DNA of 64,000 nucleotides, from the NCBI GenBank assembly GCA_023511915.1, contig JAIMAN010000004.1, positions 7,881 through 71,880 on the forward strand, given 5' to 3'. The DNA comes from Armatimonadota bacterium (lineage in GTDB: Bacteria > Armatimonadota > Fimbriimonadia > Fimbriimonadales > GBS-DC). The notes under the pieces are model-generated. The model did no database searches and was not told where the DNA came from. It was given only the letters and a program-made list of their open reading frames with translations. Below, in pieces: positions 34,941-44,909 of the stretch (position 1 is its first letter; each line of letters opens with the position of its first letter). The position numbers were made by a program, and so were the translations under genes.

Positions 34941-36692
34941 CTAACGGGGGCGCGGGAAACTCAGCGTCGCAATCGTCTGCCCGTCGTGGCTGACCATCGT
35001 GAACTTGCCGCGCAGCGTGCCCCGCGTTAGGTTGTCGATAATCTTCAGCCCCAGCGTGTTGCTCTTGCTGGGGTCGAACTCTGGGGGCAGCGGCGCGCCG
35101 TCGTTGGACACAATCAGCGTCACCTGCCCGTCCGAGTCCTGCACCTGCACGCCGATGTGCCCCGACTCCTGCCCGCGAAAGCCGTGTTCAATCGCGTTCT
35201 GGATGAGTTCGTTCAGGATGAGCGCGACGGCGGTCGCCTGCTGCAACGGCAGCAGCACATCGTCGCCCTCCACGCGCGAGTGAATCTGCTTGCCTGGCGG
35301 GGTCAGCGCCTGCTTGGTGTTGTGCAGGATGCCCGACGCGATTTTGCGCAGGCTCACCATGTCCAAGTCCTCGCGTGAGAGCAACTCGTGAACCTGCGCA
35401 ATCGCCAAGATTCGGCTCAGGCTGTCGTGGATGACCTCCTCGATGGTCTTGTAGCGCGAGTAGTGCATCTGCAAGCGCATCAGGCTGGCGATTTGCTGCA
35501 GGTTGTTTTTCACGCGGTGGTGCATCTCTTGTAGGATTGCGCTGCGCACCATGAGTTTGGCGTGGTCAATCGCGAGCGCGGCTTGGCTGGCGACCGCTTC
35601 GAGGGCGCGTAGTTCCTCGTCGCTGAACAGGTGCGGGCGGTCGGTGTAGCAGTTCAGCACGCCGATGACCTTCTCGCGCACGCGCATCGGCACGCAGACC
35701 ATCGAGTGGAGTCCCTCGCGCTGGGCGAGGTCGGGGAATCGGTAGTCGGGGTGGGCGCGCACATCGGGCACGACGACGATGCGGTCTTCGGCGACGGCGC
35801 GTCCCGCGATGCTCTCGCCGATGCGCAGCGGCGGCTTCTTGCGGTACTCCTCGCTCTCGGCTTGCGTCGCCTTGACCTCCAGCACGCCGCGCTCCTCGTC
35901 CAGCAGCATCACCGTCACGATTTTGTAGCCCATCGTGCGCGCGGTCATATGCACCAACAACTGCAGCACCTCCTCCAGGTACAGGTTGCCTGTGAGCGTG
36001 CGGCTGATTTCAGAGAGCGTGGCGACCTGCGTGGCGGTGCGCTCCAGTTGCTCGATGCGGCTGAGTTGGTTCAGCGCGCCCGCCAAGTGGCTCGCAATCC
36101 CCGACAGCAGGCGGATTTCGTCCTGCTGGTACTCTTTGGGCGCGCGGGTGCGCACGCTGATTACGCCGAACACCTCGTTGCGCGCCAACAGCGGCACGGC
36201 GAGCATGCTCTCGTACTCCTCCTCGCGCAGGTCGGGATAGAGTTTGAAGCGCGGGTGTCGGTACGCTTCACGGGGGATGGCGACGGGCTTGCGCTCCTGC
36301 GCGACCCAGCCGACGATGCCCTCGCCCGGCTGGAGCCGTATCTGGTTGATGAATCGCGCGTCGTCGCCTGTGGCGGCGCGCAGCACGAGTTCGGTGCGCG
36401 TCTCGTCGTACAGGAAGATGTGGCAGATGTCGGTCTCGGTGATGCGCGTGGCGATTTCGGCGATGGACTGCAGCATGCTCTCGGAAGCGAGCGCGCTGCC
36501 CGTCGCCTCGCTGATACGGCGCAGCGCTTCAATCTCCGCTTCGCGGTCGGCGAGCCGATGCTCCAAGATGTGGATGGCGCGTCGCGCCTCCTGCAGTTCC
36601 AGTTCGCGTTGCTGGAGCGCGAGCTGGAGCGCGTTCGGGTCGTCGATATTCAGCGGCGTGCGCCGCCGCTTCCACGAGCGCAAGTATCGCAT
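34941..36692 (-). CDS. Cytoplasmic sensor histidine kinase: coiled coil + two GAF domains + HisKA_2/HWE-type kinase core
   Basis: H-box EMHHRVKNNLQQIASLMRLQ and ATPase blocks ILNELIQNAIEHGF and NTLGLKII. No TM segments. TATACT-N7-ATG. Confidence 0.8.
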   Translation of the reverse strand: MRYLRSWKRRRTPLNIDDPNALQLALQQRELELQEARRAIHILEHRLADREAEIEALRRISEATGSALASESMLQSIAEIATRITETDICHIFLYDETRTELVLRAATGDDARFINQIRLQPGEGIVGWVAQERKPVAIPREAYRHPRFKLYPDLREEEYESMLAVPLLARNEVFGVISVRTRAPKEYQQDEIRLLSGIASHLAGALNQLSRIEQLERTATQVATLSEISRTLTGNLYLEEVLQLLVHMTARTMGYKIVTVMLLDEERGVLEVKATQAESEEYRKKPPLRIGESIAGRAVAEDRIVVVPDVRAHPDYRFPDLAQREGLHSMVCVPMRVREKVIGVLNCYTDRPHLFSDEELRALEAVASQAALAIDHAKLMVRSAILQEMHHRVKNNLQQIASLMRLQMHYSRYKTIEEVIHDSLSRILAIAQVHELLSREDLDMVSLRKIASGILHNTKQALTPPGKQIHSRVEGDDVLLPLQQATAVALILNELIQNAIEHGFRGQESGHIGVQVQDSDGQVTLIVSNDGAPLPPEFDPSKSNTLGLKIIDNLTRGTLRGKFTMVSHDGQTIATLSFPRPR

Positions 36693-36737
36693 CGGTTAAA
36701 GTATAGCCGATGGGGGCGGTCTGTGTCTTTTGGGAAC

Positions 36738-37343
36738 CTAATCCCCCTCAATCCCCCACTCAGGCACGAGGTTCTGCTCGACGCCAAGCGCCTGAAGCGT
36801 GCGGGCGACGACGGTATCCACCGCCTCTTCCAGCGTCTTGGGGCGGTTGTAGAACGACGGGTTCGCAGGCAGGATGACCGCGCCCGCCTCTGCCGCCTGC
36901 ACCATGTTGCGCAGGTGAATCAGGTTGAACGGCGTCTCGCGCACGACCAGGATCAGCGGGCGTCGCTCCTTGAGGCACACATCAGCGGCGCGGGTCATCA
37001 AGTCGTCCGAGATGCCCTGCGCAATCCGCCCCAGCGCGCCCATCGAGCAGGGAATCAGCACCATCCCGTCGTGGCGGAAGCTGCCGCTGGCGGGCGGCGA
37101 GAAGTAGTCGCGTGGGTGCAGCACCTTCAGCCCCGCCCACGAGTAGCCCAGCAGCGTCTCCGCAGAAAGCGTCTCGCGCGTGACCTGTAGCCCCAACTCG
37201 GTCTGCATCACCTGAATCGCCTGCTCCGAGCAGATGAGGTAAATCTCCTGGAAGTGGCGCGTCGCCTGCTTGAGGAACCGATTCGCATATATCCCGCCGC
37301 TGGCGCCTGTGATGCCCACCACCAGCCGACCTGTGCGCGTCAT
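36738..37343 (-). CDS. ubiX: Flavin prenyltransferase UbiX
   Basis: LVVGITGASGGIYANRFL...LIPCSMGALGRIAQGISDDLMTRAADVCLKERRPLILVVRETP. Confidence 0.85.
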   Translation of the reverse strand: MTRTGRLVVGITGASGGIYANRFLKQATRHFQEIYLICSEQAIQVMQTELGLQVTRETLSAETLLGYSWAGLKVLHPRDYFSPPASGSFRHDGMVLIPCSMGALGRIAQGISDDLMTRAADVCLKERRPLILVVRETPFNLIHLRNMVQAAEAGAVILPANPSFYNRPKTLEEAVDTVVARTLQALGVEQNLVPEWGIEGD

Positions 37344-37432
37344 GGCAGGATTCTACCTCGCGTCGGGCGACCCGCTCCGTGATTCGTATCACGCAGGCAG
37401 GAAGCGCGGGCGAGGGCGCGAATCGGCATGGT

Positions 37433-38830
37433 ATGCAGGTCACCGATGTCTCGTTCGCGCGGTTCATCTACCCGTTCGTGTTCAAGGACGCCGACGCTTC
37501 GTCGCTGCAGGCGATTGTGCATCAGCTCAAGGAGAAGGGATGGGAGGCAGGCTCATTCCCCGAAGGCGACCTGTTGCCCCATGTGCGCGATTACCTCAAC
37601 CCAGGCGACGACGGGGAAGCGACCGCGTACCTGCTGACGCTGGCGCAGGCGAATCTGGAGAGCCTTGCCCAGCAGACCCTGTGCCCCGCGCATCCAACGC
37701 TCCCGCAGTGGCAGATTGACTTACCGGACCGCTGCCTGCCTTTCGTGCTGCAGGGAGCGCAGCTGGCGATTTTTCGCGGCGGGATTGCCTTGCTCACGCT
37801 GGACGCGCGCCCCGAAAGCACCGCGCTCAGCGACTGGCTGGACTTCGTGTACCATTTTCGCGCCTTCGCAGGCGAGGCTGGCGAAACGCAAGACCTGAGC
37901 GCGCCCACCCTCCACTGCGGCGACGCCACACTCAAGGGCGTCAAGCCACTGATTGACCATCTGCTCGAACCCGCGCACCCGCACGCCGCCGAAGACCTAT
38001 TCATGCGCAACCTGATGCTGCCGTTCACCGCGCTGTATGTGGAGGGCGAGCTGTCCGAAGCCGAAAAGTATCGGCTGCTGTACCGTGTGCGCCTGTGTTT
38101 CAGCAGTCAGCACGAGCTGTGCCCGCCCTACGCCGAGTTGCGCCCCGACCATCCCTGCCTGCTGGAGTACGCGCAGGACATGTGGTTCACCTTCGCGCAG
38201 CAGGCGGCGGGCTTCGTGGCGTTCAACGCGCCGAGCGACCCCAAAAGCTTCTTTCGCGCCGACCTGCCCCGACGCCTACGCAACCGCTACTTCCTACTGT
38301 ATCAGCTCGCGTTGCACCAGAAGTTTATGCTGATGCACCTGTCTGACCAAGTGTCCGAGTCGTGGCTGCGGGGCGACGAGGCGACGCGCATGGCGACCTT
38401 CACGCGCATCCGCGACGCGCTGCTGGAGTTCACGGCGCGCGGCTACTTCGCGCAGGTGATGCAACTGGAGCAGCACCACCGCTACTATTGCCGCTGGCGC
38501 GAGACGCTGCAACTGGAGACGCTCTACCAAGAGGTCAGCGACGAGGTGCGCGAGATGCACGACTACCTGCAATTGCAGCTGGAGCGTCGGCGCGTGGAGC
38601 AATCGGAGGAGTTGAACCGCACAGTGCTGCGGCTAACAGGAATCACGGTCGGGTTCGCGCTGCCCAACCTGTTCGTCAGCTTTCTGGGCGCGAATGTGAA
38701 GACGCTGGAGCAGTGGGACAACGCATGGCATCCATATTGGTGGACGGCGGGGCTGTTGGCGTTTATGCTGCTGGGCATGCTGATCGTGGCGGCGATTGTG
38801 CTTGCATTAGCGCGCACGAAACAGAGGTAA
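37433..38830 (+). CDS. CorA-architecture membrane protein with non-canonical GAN pore motif (function unknown)
   Basis: Soluble N-terminal part of about 380 aa with long helices, then EELNRTVLRLTGITVGFALPNLFVSFLGANV, a short loop and a second TM helix. Collinear with the CorA ...LTIxxxIFxPLTFIAGIYGMNF end. Confidence 0.5.
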   Translation: MQVTDVSFARFIYPFVFKDADASSLQAIVHQLKEKGWEAGSFPEGDLLPHVRDYLNPGDDGEATAYLLTLAQANLESLAQQTLCPAHPTLPQWQIDLPDRCLPFVLQGAQLAIFRGGIALLTLDARPESTALSDWLDFVYHFRAFAGEAGETQDLSAPTLHCGDATLKGVKPLIDHLLEPAHPHAAEDLFMRNLMLPFTALYVEGELSEAEKYRLLYRVRLCFSSQHELCPPYAELRPDHPCLLEYAQDMWFTFAQQAAGFVAFNAPSDPKSFFRADLPRRLRNRYFLLYQLALHQKFMLMHLSDQVSESWLRGDEATRMATFTRIRDALLEFTARGYFAQVMQLEQHHRYYCRWRETLQLETLYQEVSDEVREMHDYLQLQLERRRVEQSEELNRTVLRLTGITVGFALPNLFVSFLGANVKTLEQWDNAWHPYWWTAGLLAFMLLGMLIVAAIVLALARTKQR

Positions 38831-38835
38831 TATCA

Positions 38836-39816
38836 TCAACTCTCCGACGGGTAGCGCACGCCCCACTGCGCCCGCAGCGTGTCCAGCACACGCATAATCG
38901 CCAGCGTCTCGTCCAGCGGCATCCATGGGCTCTCGGTCAGCCCCTGACGCAGGCAGTCATGCACATGGCGGATTTCGAACTGCAGTCCGTCGCCTTCGTA
39001 GGGGTACAGCAGGTGTTCCGTTGTGCCGTCGTTGCGCACGAGGTAGGCTTCCGACGGCTTCCACCACGGGGCGGGCATGTGGATCCGCGCCAGTGTCCCG
39101 CAGATGTTCGCCTGCTTGGGCATCTCCACCTGCAGCGACGCGCTCAAGACCGCCTGCGCGCCGTTGTCGTAACGGAACAGCACGCTGCACAGCTCATCCA
39201 CGCCCGTTGCGCCGAGCGTCGCGTGCGAAACGATTTGGGCGGGCGCACCCAATACCAGAAACGCCAGCGCGACAGGGTAGACGCCGACATCGAGCAGCGC
39301 GCCGCCGCCCAACTCAGGCGCGAACAGCCGACTGGCGGGGTTGAACGCTGGGCGGAAGCCGAAGTCCGCCTGCAGATAGCGGATTTCGCCCAGCTCGCCC
39401 GCTTGGATGCGCCGCACGATCTCGCGAACGACGGGGAAACAGCGCGTCCACATGCCCTCCATCACGAACTTGCCCGACGCACGCGCCGCCTGAATGACTC
39501 GCTCCGCCTGCTGCGCGTTGACCGTGAACGGCTTCTCGCACAGCACATGCTTGCCCGCCTGCAGCGCGGCAAGGGTATTCTCGGCGTGCAGGGTGTGTGG
39601 CGTGGCGACATACACGATCTCCACTTCAGGGTCGCTGGTGAGGGCGTCGTAGCTGCCGTAGCGTTTGGGCACGCCAAACTGCGCACCGAACTGGTCGGCG
39701 GTGTGCTGCTCGCGCGAGCCGACGGCGACCACCTGCGCTTCGGGCACATAGAACGCCGCCTGCATAAACCGCTTGGCGATTTTGCCCGTGCCCAGAATAC
39801 CCCACTTGACTGGCAT
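38836..39816 (-). CDS. Gfo/Idh/MocA-family NAD(P)-dependent oxidoreductase
   Basis: WGILGTGKIAKRF Rossmann start and HVLCEKPF motif. TATCCT-N7-ATG. Confidence 0.85.
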   Translation of the reverse strand: MPVKWGILGTGKIAKRFMQAAFYVPEAQVVAVGSREQHTADQFGAQFGVPKRYGSYDALTSDPEVEIVYVATPHTLHAENTLAALQAGKHVLCEKPFTVNAQQAERVIQAARASGKFVMEGMWTRCFPVVREIVRRIQAGELGEIRYLQADFGFRPAFNPASRLFAPELGGGALLDVGVYPVALAFLVLGAPAQIVSHATLGATGVDELCSVLFRYDNGAQAVLSASLQVEMPKQANICGTLARIHMPAPWWKPSEAYLVRNDGTTEHLLYPYEGDGLQFEIRHVHDCLRQGLTESPWMPLDETLAIMRVLDTLRAQWGVRYPSES

Positions 39817-39837
39817 AGCGTAGAGGATACCCGTTGC

Positions 39838-41163
39838 TTATCCTTGCCATGCCCCCACCAGATAGAATGACCCCGTAATTAGCACGAGGTCGTCGGGTTC
39901 GGCGAGGCTGAGGGCGCGTTGGAAGGCGTCTTGTGGGTGCGCGGCGACGAGCAGCGTGCGCGGGGCGCGGGTCGGCTTGCTGGCAATCCACGCCTGCGCG
40001 CTTTGCAGCAGCGTCTCCGCCGTGTGCGTGCGCGGGTTGTCGATTGGGGTGAAGACGGCGCTATCGGCGAGCGGCAGCAGGTGGCGCAGCGTGTCGGCAG
40101 GCTCGTGCGGGGTGAGCATGCCCAGCACGAGGATCAGTCGCTGGTACTTGAACAGGCGGGGCACGGCGCGCGCCAGCACGGCGGCGGCGTCGGGGTTGTG
40201 CGCGCCGTCCAGCACCACGCGCGGCGACTCGGCGACCACCTGCAGCCGTCCGGGCAGGCGCGCCTCGCGGATACCCTGCTCAATCGCCGCGTCGGGGATG
40301 GCGTAGCCGCGCTCGCGCAGCAGCGTCGCCGTCGCCGCCGCGCATGCCGCGTTATGCCGCTGGTAGTCGCCAATCAGCGCGGGCTGCAGCGCAAGCTCCC
40401 AATCGCCCCGCCGCACGCGCACCGCCGAATCGGTCGGCGAAGGCAACGGCGTGTACACGAAGTCGTCAGCGGGCGAGTCCTTGTCAGGCTCCGCGCGTAT
40501 GACCCGATAGAGCGGCGCGCCTTGCGCATCGGCAACCCGCGCAATCATCTCAATCGCGTCGGGGTGCGTCGCGCCGCTCACCACAGGACGACCTGGCTTG
40601 ATAATCCCCGCCTTCTCGTAGGCAATATCGCGATGCGTTGGTCCCAAGCGGTCTTGGTGGTCTAACCCGATGCTCACGATGATGCTCGCTTCGGGCGTGA
40701 TGACATTCGTGGCGTCCATGCGCCCGCCGACGCCAACCTCCAGTACGGCGATGTCTACCTGCGCCTGCGCGAACGCCCAGAACGCCAGCGCGGTCTTGAT
40801 TTCGAACTCGGTGGTCTGCCCGTACTCGGTGTCCGCCAGTCGCTCAATATGGGGGCGCAAGTAGGCGACGCCTTCAGTGAACGCCTCGCGGCTAATCGGC
40901 TCGCCGTCGATGACAATGCGCTCACGGATGTCGAACACATGGGGCGAGGTGTAGGTTCCCACGCGATAGCCTGCCGTGCGCAGGATCGCGCTCATCATCG
41001 TCGTTGTGGAGCCTTTGCCGTTTGTGCCCGTGATATGGACGCAAGGATACTGCACATGGGGGGAGCCAATCTGCTCCAAGAGCGCCTCGAAACGGGCGTT
41101 GCCCAGCCGCCAGCCCTGTATCGAGAGGCTCTCGATATACCGCACCGCACTCTGGAAGTCCAT
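39838..41163 (-). CDS. folC: Bifunctional folylpolyglutamate synthase/dihydrofolate synthase
   Basis: HITGTNGKGSTTTMMSAILRTAGYRVGTYTSPHV, EVGVGGRMDATNV. Alternative start ATG at 41190. Confidence 0.85.
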   Translation of the reverse strand: MDFQSAVRYIESLSIQGWRLGNARFEALLEQIGSPHVQYPCVHITGTNGKGSTTTMMSAILRTAGYRVGTYTSPHVFDIRERIVIDGEPISREAFTEGVAYLRPHIERLADTEYGQTTEFEIKTALAFWAFAQAQVDIAVLEVGVGGRMDATNVITPEASIIVSIGLDHQDRLGPTHRDIAYEKAGIIKPGRPVVSGATHPDAIEMIARVADAQGAPLYRVIRAEPDKDSPADDFVYTPLPSPTDSAVRVRRGDWELALQPALIGDYQRHNAACAAATATLLRERGYAIPDAAIEQGIREARLPGRLQVVAESPRVVLDGAHNPDAAAVLARAVPRLFKYQRLILVLGMLTPHEPADTLRHLLPLADSAVFTPIDNPRTHTAETLLQSAQAWIASKPTRAPRTLLVAAHPQDAFQRALSLAEPDDLVLITGSFYLVGAWQG

Positions 41164-41206
41164 CGCCGTGCCCCATGAATTATAGCGCATGTGCCATAAT
41201 AGAGGC

Positions 41207-42673
41207 ATGCGGGTCTTCGGGCTTTTGGTACTGGTGTTGTGGCTGGGGTGCGCATCGGCGCAGACGACGATTCGTTCCGTGCAGTTGGCGGGCGTGTCGG
41301 TCGCCGCGCCCGAGCAGGTCGGCGCGTCGCTGTACGCGCTGATAGGAACCGCCCCGACCGACGAGCAGTTGCGTGCGGCACTTGAGGCGGTAGAGGCATG
41401 GTATCGGCAACGCGGTTATACCCTCGCGCGGGTGGCGGACTACCGTCTGGACGAGTCGGGCGCGCTGACTGTGCAGGTTGCCGAAGGCGTGATTGAGCAG
41501 ATTGAGGTGCGCGGCAACACGCGCACGCGCACGGAGGTGCTGCGCCGCTTGCTGGGCGTGCGTCCGGGCGAGGTCTACAACGAGGAGCGGCTGCAGCGCG
41601 TGCGCCAGCGCATCGGGCGGTTCCCGTTCCTGCGCGACGCCAAACTGGGCGCGGAGCCCGGCGAGCGCGTCGGCGCGACGACCCTGCTGCTGCAGGTGGA
41701 GGAGGAGCAGTCGCTCGATTTCGCGGTCGCGGCGGGCTACAGCAGCGAGCAGGGGTTTGTGGGCTACGCCGAGCTGATAGAAACAAATGTGGGCGGGCTG
41801 GGGCATCGCGCGCGGGTACAGTGGCAGCGCGAGCAGGTGCGCAACCCCGCTACCGGCGAGTACGAGGCGTTGCGCCCGTCCTACTCGCTGAGCTACGAAG
41901 CGCCCCGCGCGCTGCCTAGCGCGTTCAACTTCGGCGTCGAGCTGTACGACCGCGCGCCGTTCTACCCCGTGTTCTACGCTGACCTTGACACCGTGCGCCG
42001 CTACGAGCGACGGCGCGGGGTCGCCGCCTATATCGGCTTCGACTGGCGCGAGCTGTTCGAACTGCGCCTGCGCTTTCGCGCCGATCGGGTGGACTACGAC
42101 GACGCGCCCGACGCGCTGCTGACGCCGACCCTGCGCGCCGCCAATCGCGGGCGGTTCGACGCGCTGGGCGTGCAGGTGATTTACGACACGCGCGAGGGAC
42201 GCTTCCCGCGCACAGGAGTGTACGCCAGCGTGCTTGCCGAGCGCGCGTTGTCGGGCGACTTCCGCTTCACCCGCGCGGTGGGCGAGGCGCGCTACTACAT
42301 CCCGCTGCGCCGCGAGCAGACGCTTGCCCTGCGCGGGGTTGCGGGCGTCGCCTCCGAAGACGCGCCGCTGAGCGAACTGTTCTGGGCGGGCGGCTACGAC
42401 CTGCTGCGCGGCTACGCCCAAGATGAGTTTCGGGGCAACCGTCTCGTGGTCGGCAGCGCAGAGTACCTGTTCCCCGTGCTGGAGGCGGTGCAGGCGGCGG
42501 TGTTCGTGGATGTCGGCGCGGTCTGGAGCAGCGGCACGGAACTGTCCGATGTGCCCGTGCGGGCAGGCGTCGGCGCGGGACTGCGCTTCGCCTCGCCGAT
42601 TGGACTCATCCGCTTCGACCTCGCCTACGGCAAGCGCGGGTTCGTCTACCTGAGCCTCGCAGGGGTCTACTGA
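41207..42673 (+). CDS. Omp85/BamA-family outer-membrane protein (POTRA + surface-antigen D15 barrel)
   Basis: Signal peptide MRVFGLLVLVLWLGCASA. POTRA-like VQLAGVSV...GVIEQIEVRGNTRTRTEVLRRLL. Barrel ends ...RFDLAYGKRGFVYLSLAGVY. TGcCATAAT-N6-ATG. Confidence 0.7.
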   Translation: MRVFGLLVLVLWLGCASAQTTIRSVQLAGVSVAAPEQVGASLYALIGTAPTDEQLRAALEAVEAWYRQRGYTLARVADYRLDESGALTVQVAEGVIEQIEVRGNTRTRTEVLRRLLGVRPGEVYNEERLQRVRQRIGRFPFLRDAKLGAEPGERVGATTLLLQVEEEQSLDFAVAAGYSSEQGFVGYAELIETNVGGLGHRARVQWQREQVRNPATGEYEALRPSYSLSYEAPRALPSAFNFGVELYDRAPFYPVFYADLDTVRRYERRRGVAAYIGFDWRELFELRLRFRADRVDYDDAPDALLTPTLRAANRGRFDALGVQVIYDTREGRFPRTGVYASVLAERALSGDFRFTRAVGEARYYIPLRREQTLALRGVAGVASEDAPLSELFWAGGYDLLRGYAQDEFRGNRLVVGSAEYLFPVLEAVQAAVFVDVGAVWSSGTELSDVPVRAGVGAGLRFASPIGLIRFDLAYGKRGFVYLSLAGVY

Positions 42674-42688
42674 AGGTACAATTGCGCT

Positions 42689-43207
42689 ATGCAGGAGCGT
42701 CTGTGGGCGCCGTGGCGAATGCAGTATGTCAGCGAGGCGGGCAAACCGAGCGCGGAGTGCATCTTCTGCGCCAACCCTGCCGCCGACGAGGACGCCCGCA
42801 CCCTCATCGTCTGGCGCGGGCAACTGTGCTTCGTGATGCTGAACCTGTACCCGTACACCAGCGGACACCTGATGATTGCGCCCTACCGCCACACGCACGA
42901 CTTGGCGAGCCTGACCGACGCGGAGTGGCACGAGTTGGGCGCGCTGACGCGCCTATGCCTGCGTGCGCTGCAGCGCGAGTACCGCCCCGACGGGTTCAAT
43001 GTCGGGTTCAACTTGGGGCGCGCGGCGGGCGCAGGCATCGAAGCGCACCTGCATATGCACATCGTGCCGCGCTGGCATGGCGACACAAACTTCATGGCGA
43101 CCCTCGGCGAAACGCGCGTGCTGCCCGAAAGCCTGGAGCAGACCTACACGCGCATCCGCAACGCCCTGCAGGAGGTGAGCGCGTCCGATGATGGAACAGC
43201 CCGTTGA
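42689..43207 (+). CDS. HIT-family nucleotide hydrolase/transferase
   Basis: LWAPWRMQYV...CIFC...LNLYPYTSGHLMIAPYRH...HLHMHIVPRWHGDTNFM contains the histidine triad. TACAAT-N6-ATG. Confidence 0.8.
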   Translation: MQERLWAPWRMQYVSEAGKPSAECIFCANPAADEDARTLIVWRGQLCFVMLNLYPYTSGHLMIAPYRHTHDLASLTDAEWHELGALTRLCLRALQREYRPDGFNVGFNLGRAAGAGIEAHLHMHIVPRWHGDTNFMATLGETRVLPESLEQTYTRIRNALQEVSASDDGTAR

Positions 43208-43859
43208 GGAACTCTTGGCGGCGGTGGAGGCGCGCGCGAAGCAGTGCGTCGCCTGCCCGCTGGCGCAGACACGCACGAATGTCGTGTTCGGCGAGGGCAA
43301 CCCGCGTTCGCCGTTGGTCATCGTCGGCGAGGGTCCTGGCGAGCAGGAAGACGCGACGGGGCGTCCCTTTGTGGGCAGGGCAGGCGCGCTGCTCGACAAA
43401 GCCCTGCGCGAAGCGGGCATGCTGCGCCGCCATGTGTATATCTGCAACATCGTCAAGTGCCGCGCCTGCGTCGTCGAAAACGGGCGCGCGCGTAACCGAC
43501 CCCCGACCCAAGACGAAATCCAGGCGTGCTACCCGTGGCTCGACCAGCAACTGTCGCTGATTAAGCCGCTGGTGATTGTGTGTCTGGGCGCGCCTGCGGC
43601 GTCCACGCTGATTCACAAAAACTTCAAGATTATGCAGGAGCGCGGGCTGTGGTTCAGCAACCGCTACGCGCCTGCCGTGATCGCCGCGTTGCATCCTGCG
43701 TATATTTTGCGTCAGGCGGGCGAGGCATATGAGCGTGCGTACCGTTCGCTGGTGGACGACCTGACCGCCGCGCGCGAGCGCGCCCGCGAACTGCGCCGCC
43801 TGCAAGAGCAGATGCAGCCCCTGCAGCCCGAAGGCGACGACCAACTGCGCCTGTTTTAG
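43188..43859 (+). CDS. Uracil-DNA glycosylase, family 4
   Basis: CVACPLAQTRTNVVFGEGNPRSPLVIVGEGPGEQEDATGRPFVGRAG...HPAYILR. Confidence 0.85.
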   Translation: MMEQPVEELLAAVEARAKQCVACPLAQTRTNVVFGEGNPRSPLVIVGEGPGEQEDATGRPFVGRAGALLDKALREAGMLRRHVYICNIVKCRACVVENGRARNRPPTQDEIQACYPWLDQQLSLIKPLVIVCLGAPAASTLIHKNFKIMQERGLWFSNRYAPAVIAALHPAYILRQAGEAYERAYRSLVDDLTAARERARELRRLQEQMQPLQPEGDDQLRLF

Positions 43860-43908
43860 CCCCCGCGCTGTCCGCTTTCGCCCCGCTTTCGAGTCTTATG
43901 CATGCGGT

Positions 43909-44868
43909 ATGCATAGGAGCAGGCTGTTTTGGGCGATTCTTGGCGCGGTAGGGGCGTTGCGCCTCGCACCTGCGCAACTGTACGACTTTAATGTCGTCGC
44001 GCCGCCGAGCGGAATCAGCGGCAACCTCGCCATCTCCGCCCGCACGCAGGGCACCCTAATCGGCAACTACGACCCCGACACCAACCCCAACGGCACGCGC
44101 ACCAAGCCAGGACTGTTCGGGTCGTTCGATCCGACGGAGAATGTGCCTGTCGAGGTGAGTATCGGCGCGGCGATTGGCGGCGCCATCAACCGTCAAGCGA
44201 GCGGAACCTTCCGCGCAACAGTAGACGGCGGCAACAACACAATCACCTTCGAGAACCTGTCGCTGAACTTTCTGGCGAACGGTCCCGCCGTGCTGCCCGT
44301 GACGATTACCTTAGCGGGGCAGTCGTTCCGCACGCGCAACCCGAGCTCGACCTACATCCTGCCGTCGCAGGGGATTAGTTTCCCGATTGGCACGGTGAAC
44401 CTGAGCCAGTTCACGGCGGTGCAGACGGGCGTCGGCGCGGGCGTGCTGACCCCAGCGGGCGCAGGCACCTACGACTTCACGGCGGGCGTGCTGGTGGACT
44501 TGACCCTCGCCGCCAACCTGCTGGGCAACCCGCTGGCGCAGACGATACCGTTCGTGCTGCCGTTGCAGGGGCAGGTCGTCGTGCAAGGCAACTCGGCGGT
44601 GATTACCTCGCTGCAGCCACTCAACTTCTCGCAGTCGTTCAACCCCAACTTGGACTTGCCCGCCTTCGAGTTCGGCTTGCCGACCATCCTGCCGCCTGGC
44701 TCGACAGCGAACCTCATCTTCGACCTGACGCTGGAGGAGATTGGCTTCGAGGTGGACTTGGACATCAACCTGCGCGCGGAGGGGACGCTGGTGCCTGAGC
44801 CTGCGAGCCTGAGCGCGTTGGGGCTGGGGCTGACCGCGCTGCTGCTGCGCCGTCGCCGTCGGGCGTAA
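43909..44868 (+). CDS. PEP-CTERM sorting-domain secreted protein
   Basis: Signal peptide MHRSRLFWAILGAVGALRLAPA. C-terminus VPEPASLSALGLGLTALLLRRRRRA. Confidence 0.8.
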   Translation: MHRSRLFWAILGAVGALRLAPAQLYDFNVVAPPSGISGNLAISARTQGTLIGNYDPDTNPNGTRTKPGLFGSFDPTENVPVEVSIGAAIGGAINRQASGTFRATVDGGNNTITFENLSLNFLANGPAVLPVTITLAGQSFRTRNPSSTYILPSQGISFPIGTVNLSQFTAVQTGVGAGVLTPAGAGTYDFTAGVLVDLTLAANLLGNPLAQTIPFVLPLQGQVVVQGNSAVITSLQPLNFSQSFNPNLDLPAFEFGLPTILPPGSTANLIFDLTLEEIGFEVDLDINLRAEGTLVPEPASLSALGLGLTALLLRRRRRA

Positions 44869-44874
44869 AATGTA

Positions 44875-44898
44875 GGGGCAGACCTCTGTGCCTGCCCC
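44875..44898. terminator. GC-rich hairpin between convergent genes; copy 2 of the 26-nt element seen at 11069-11094
   Basis: TAGGGGCAGACC-tct-GTGCCTGCCCC. Identical to copy 1 except for the 3 central loop nucleotides. Confidence 0.5.
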
Positions 44899-44909
44899 CA
44901 CACAGCGAT

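Noticed and set aside
43891-43915. Direct repeat TATGCAT-gcgg-TATGCAT overlapping the PEP-CTERM gene start, considered as a possible operator.
   Set aside because: It is very short, overlaps the start codon itself and has no second occurrence in the window. There is insufficient evidence to call it a site.
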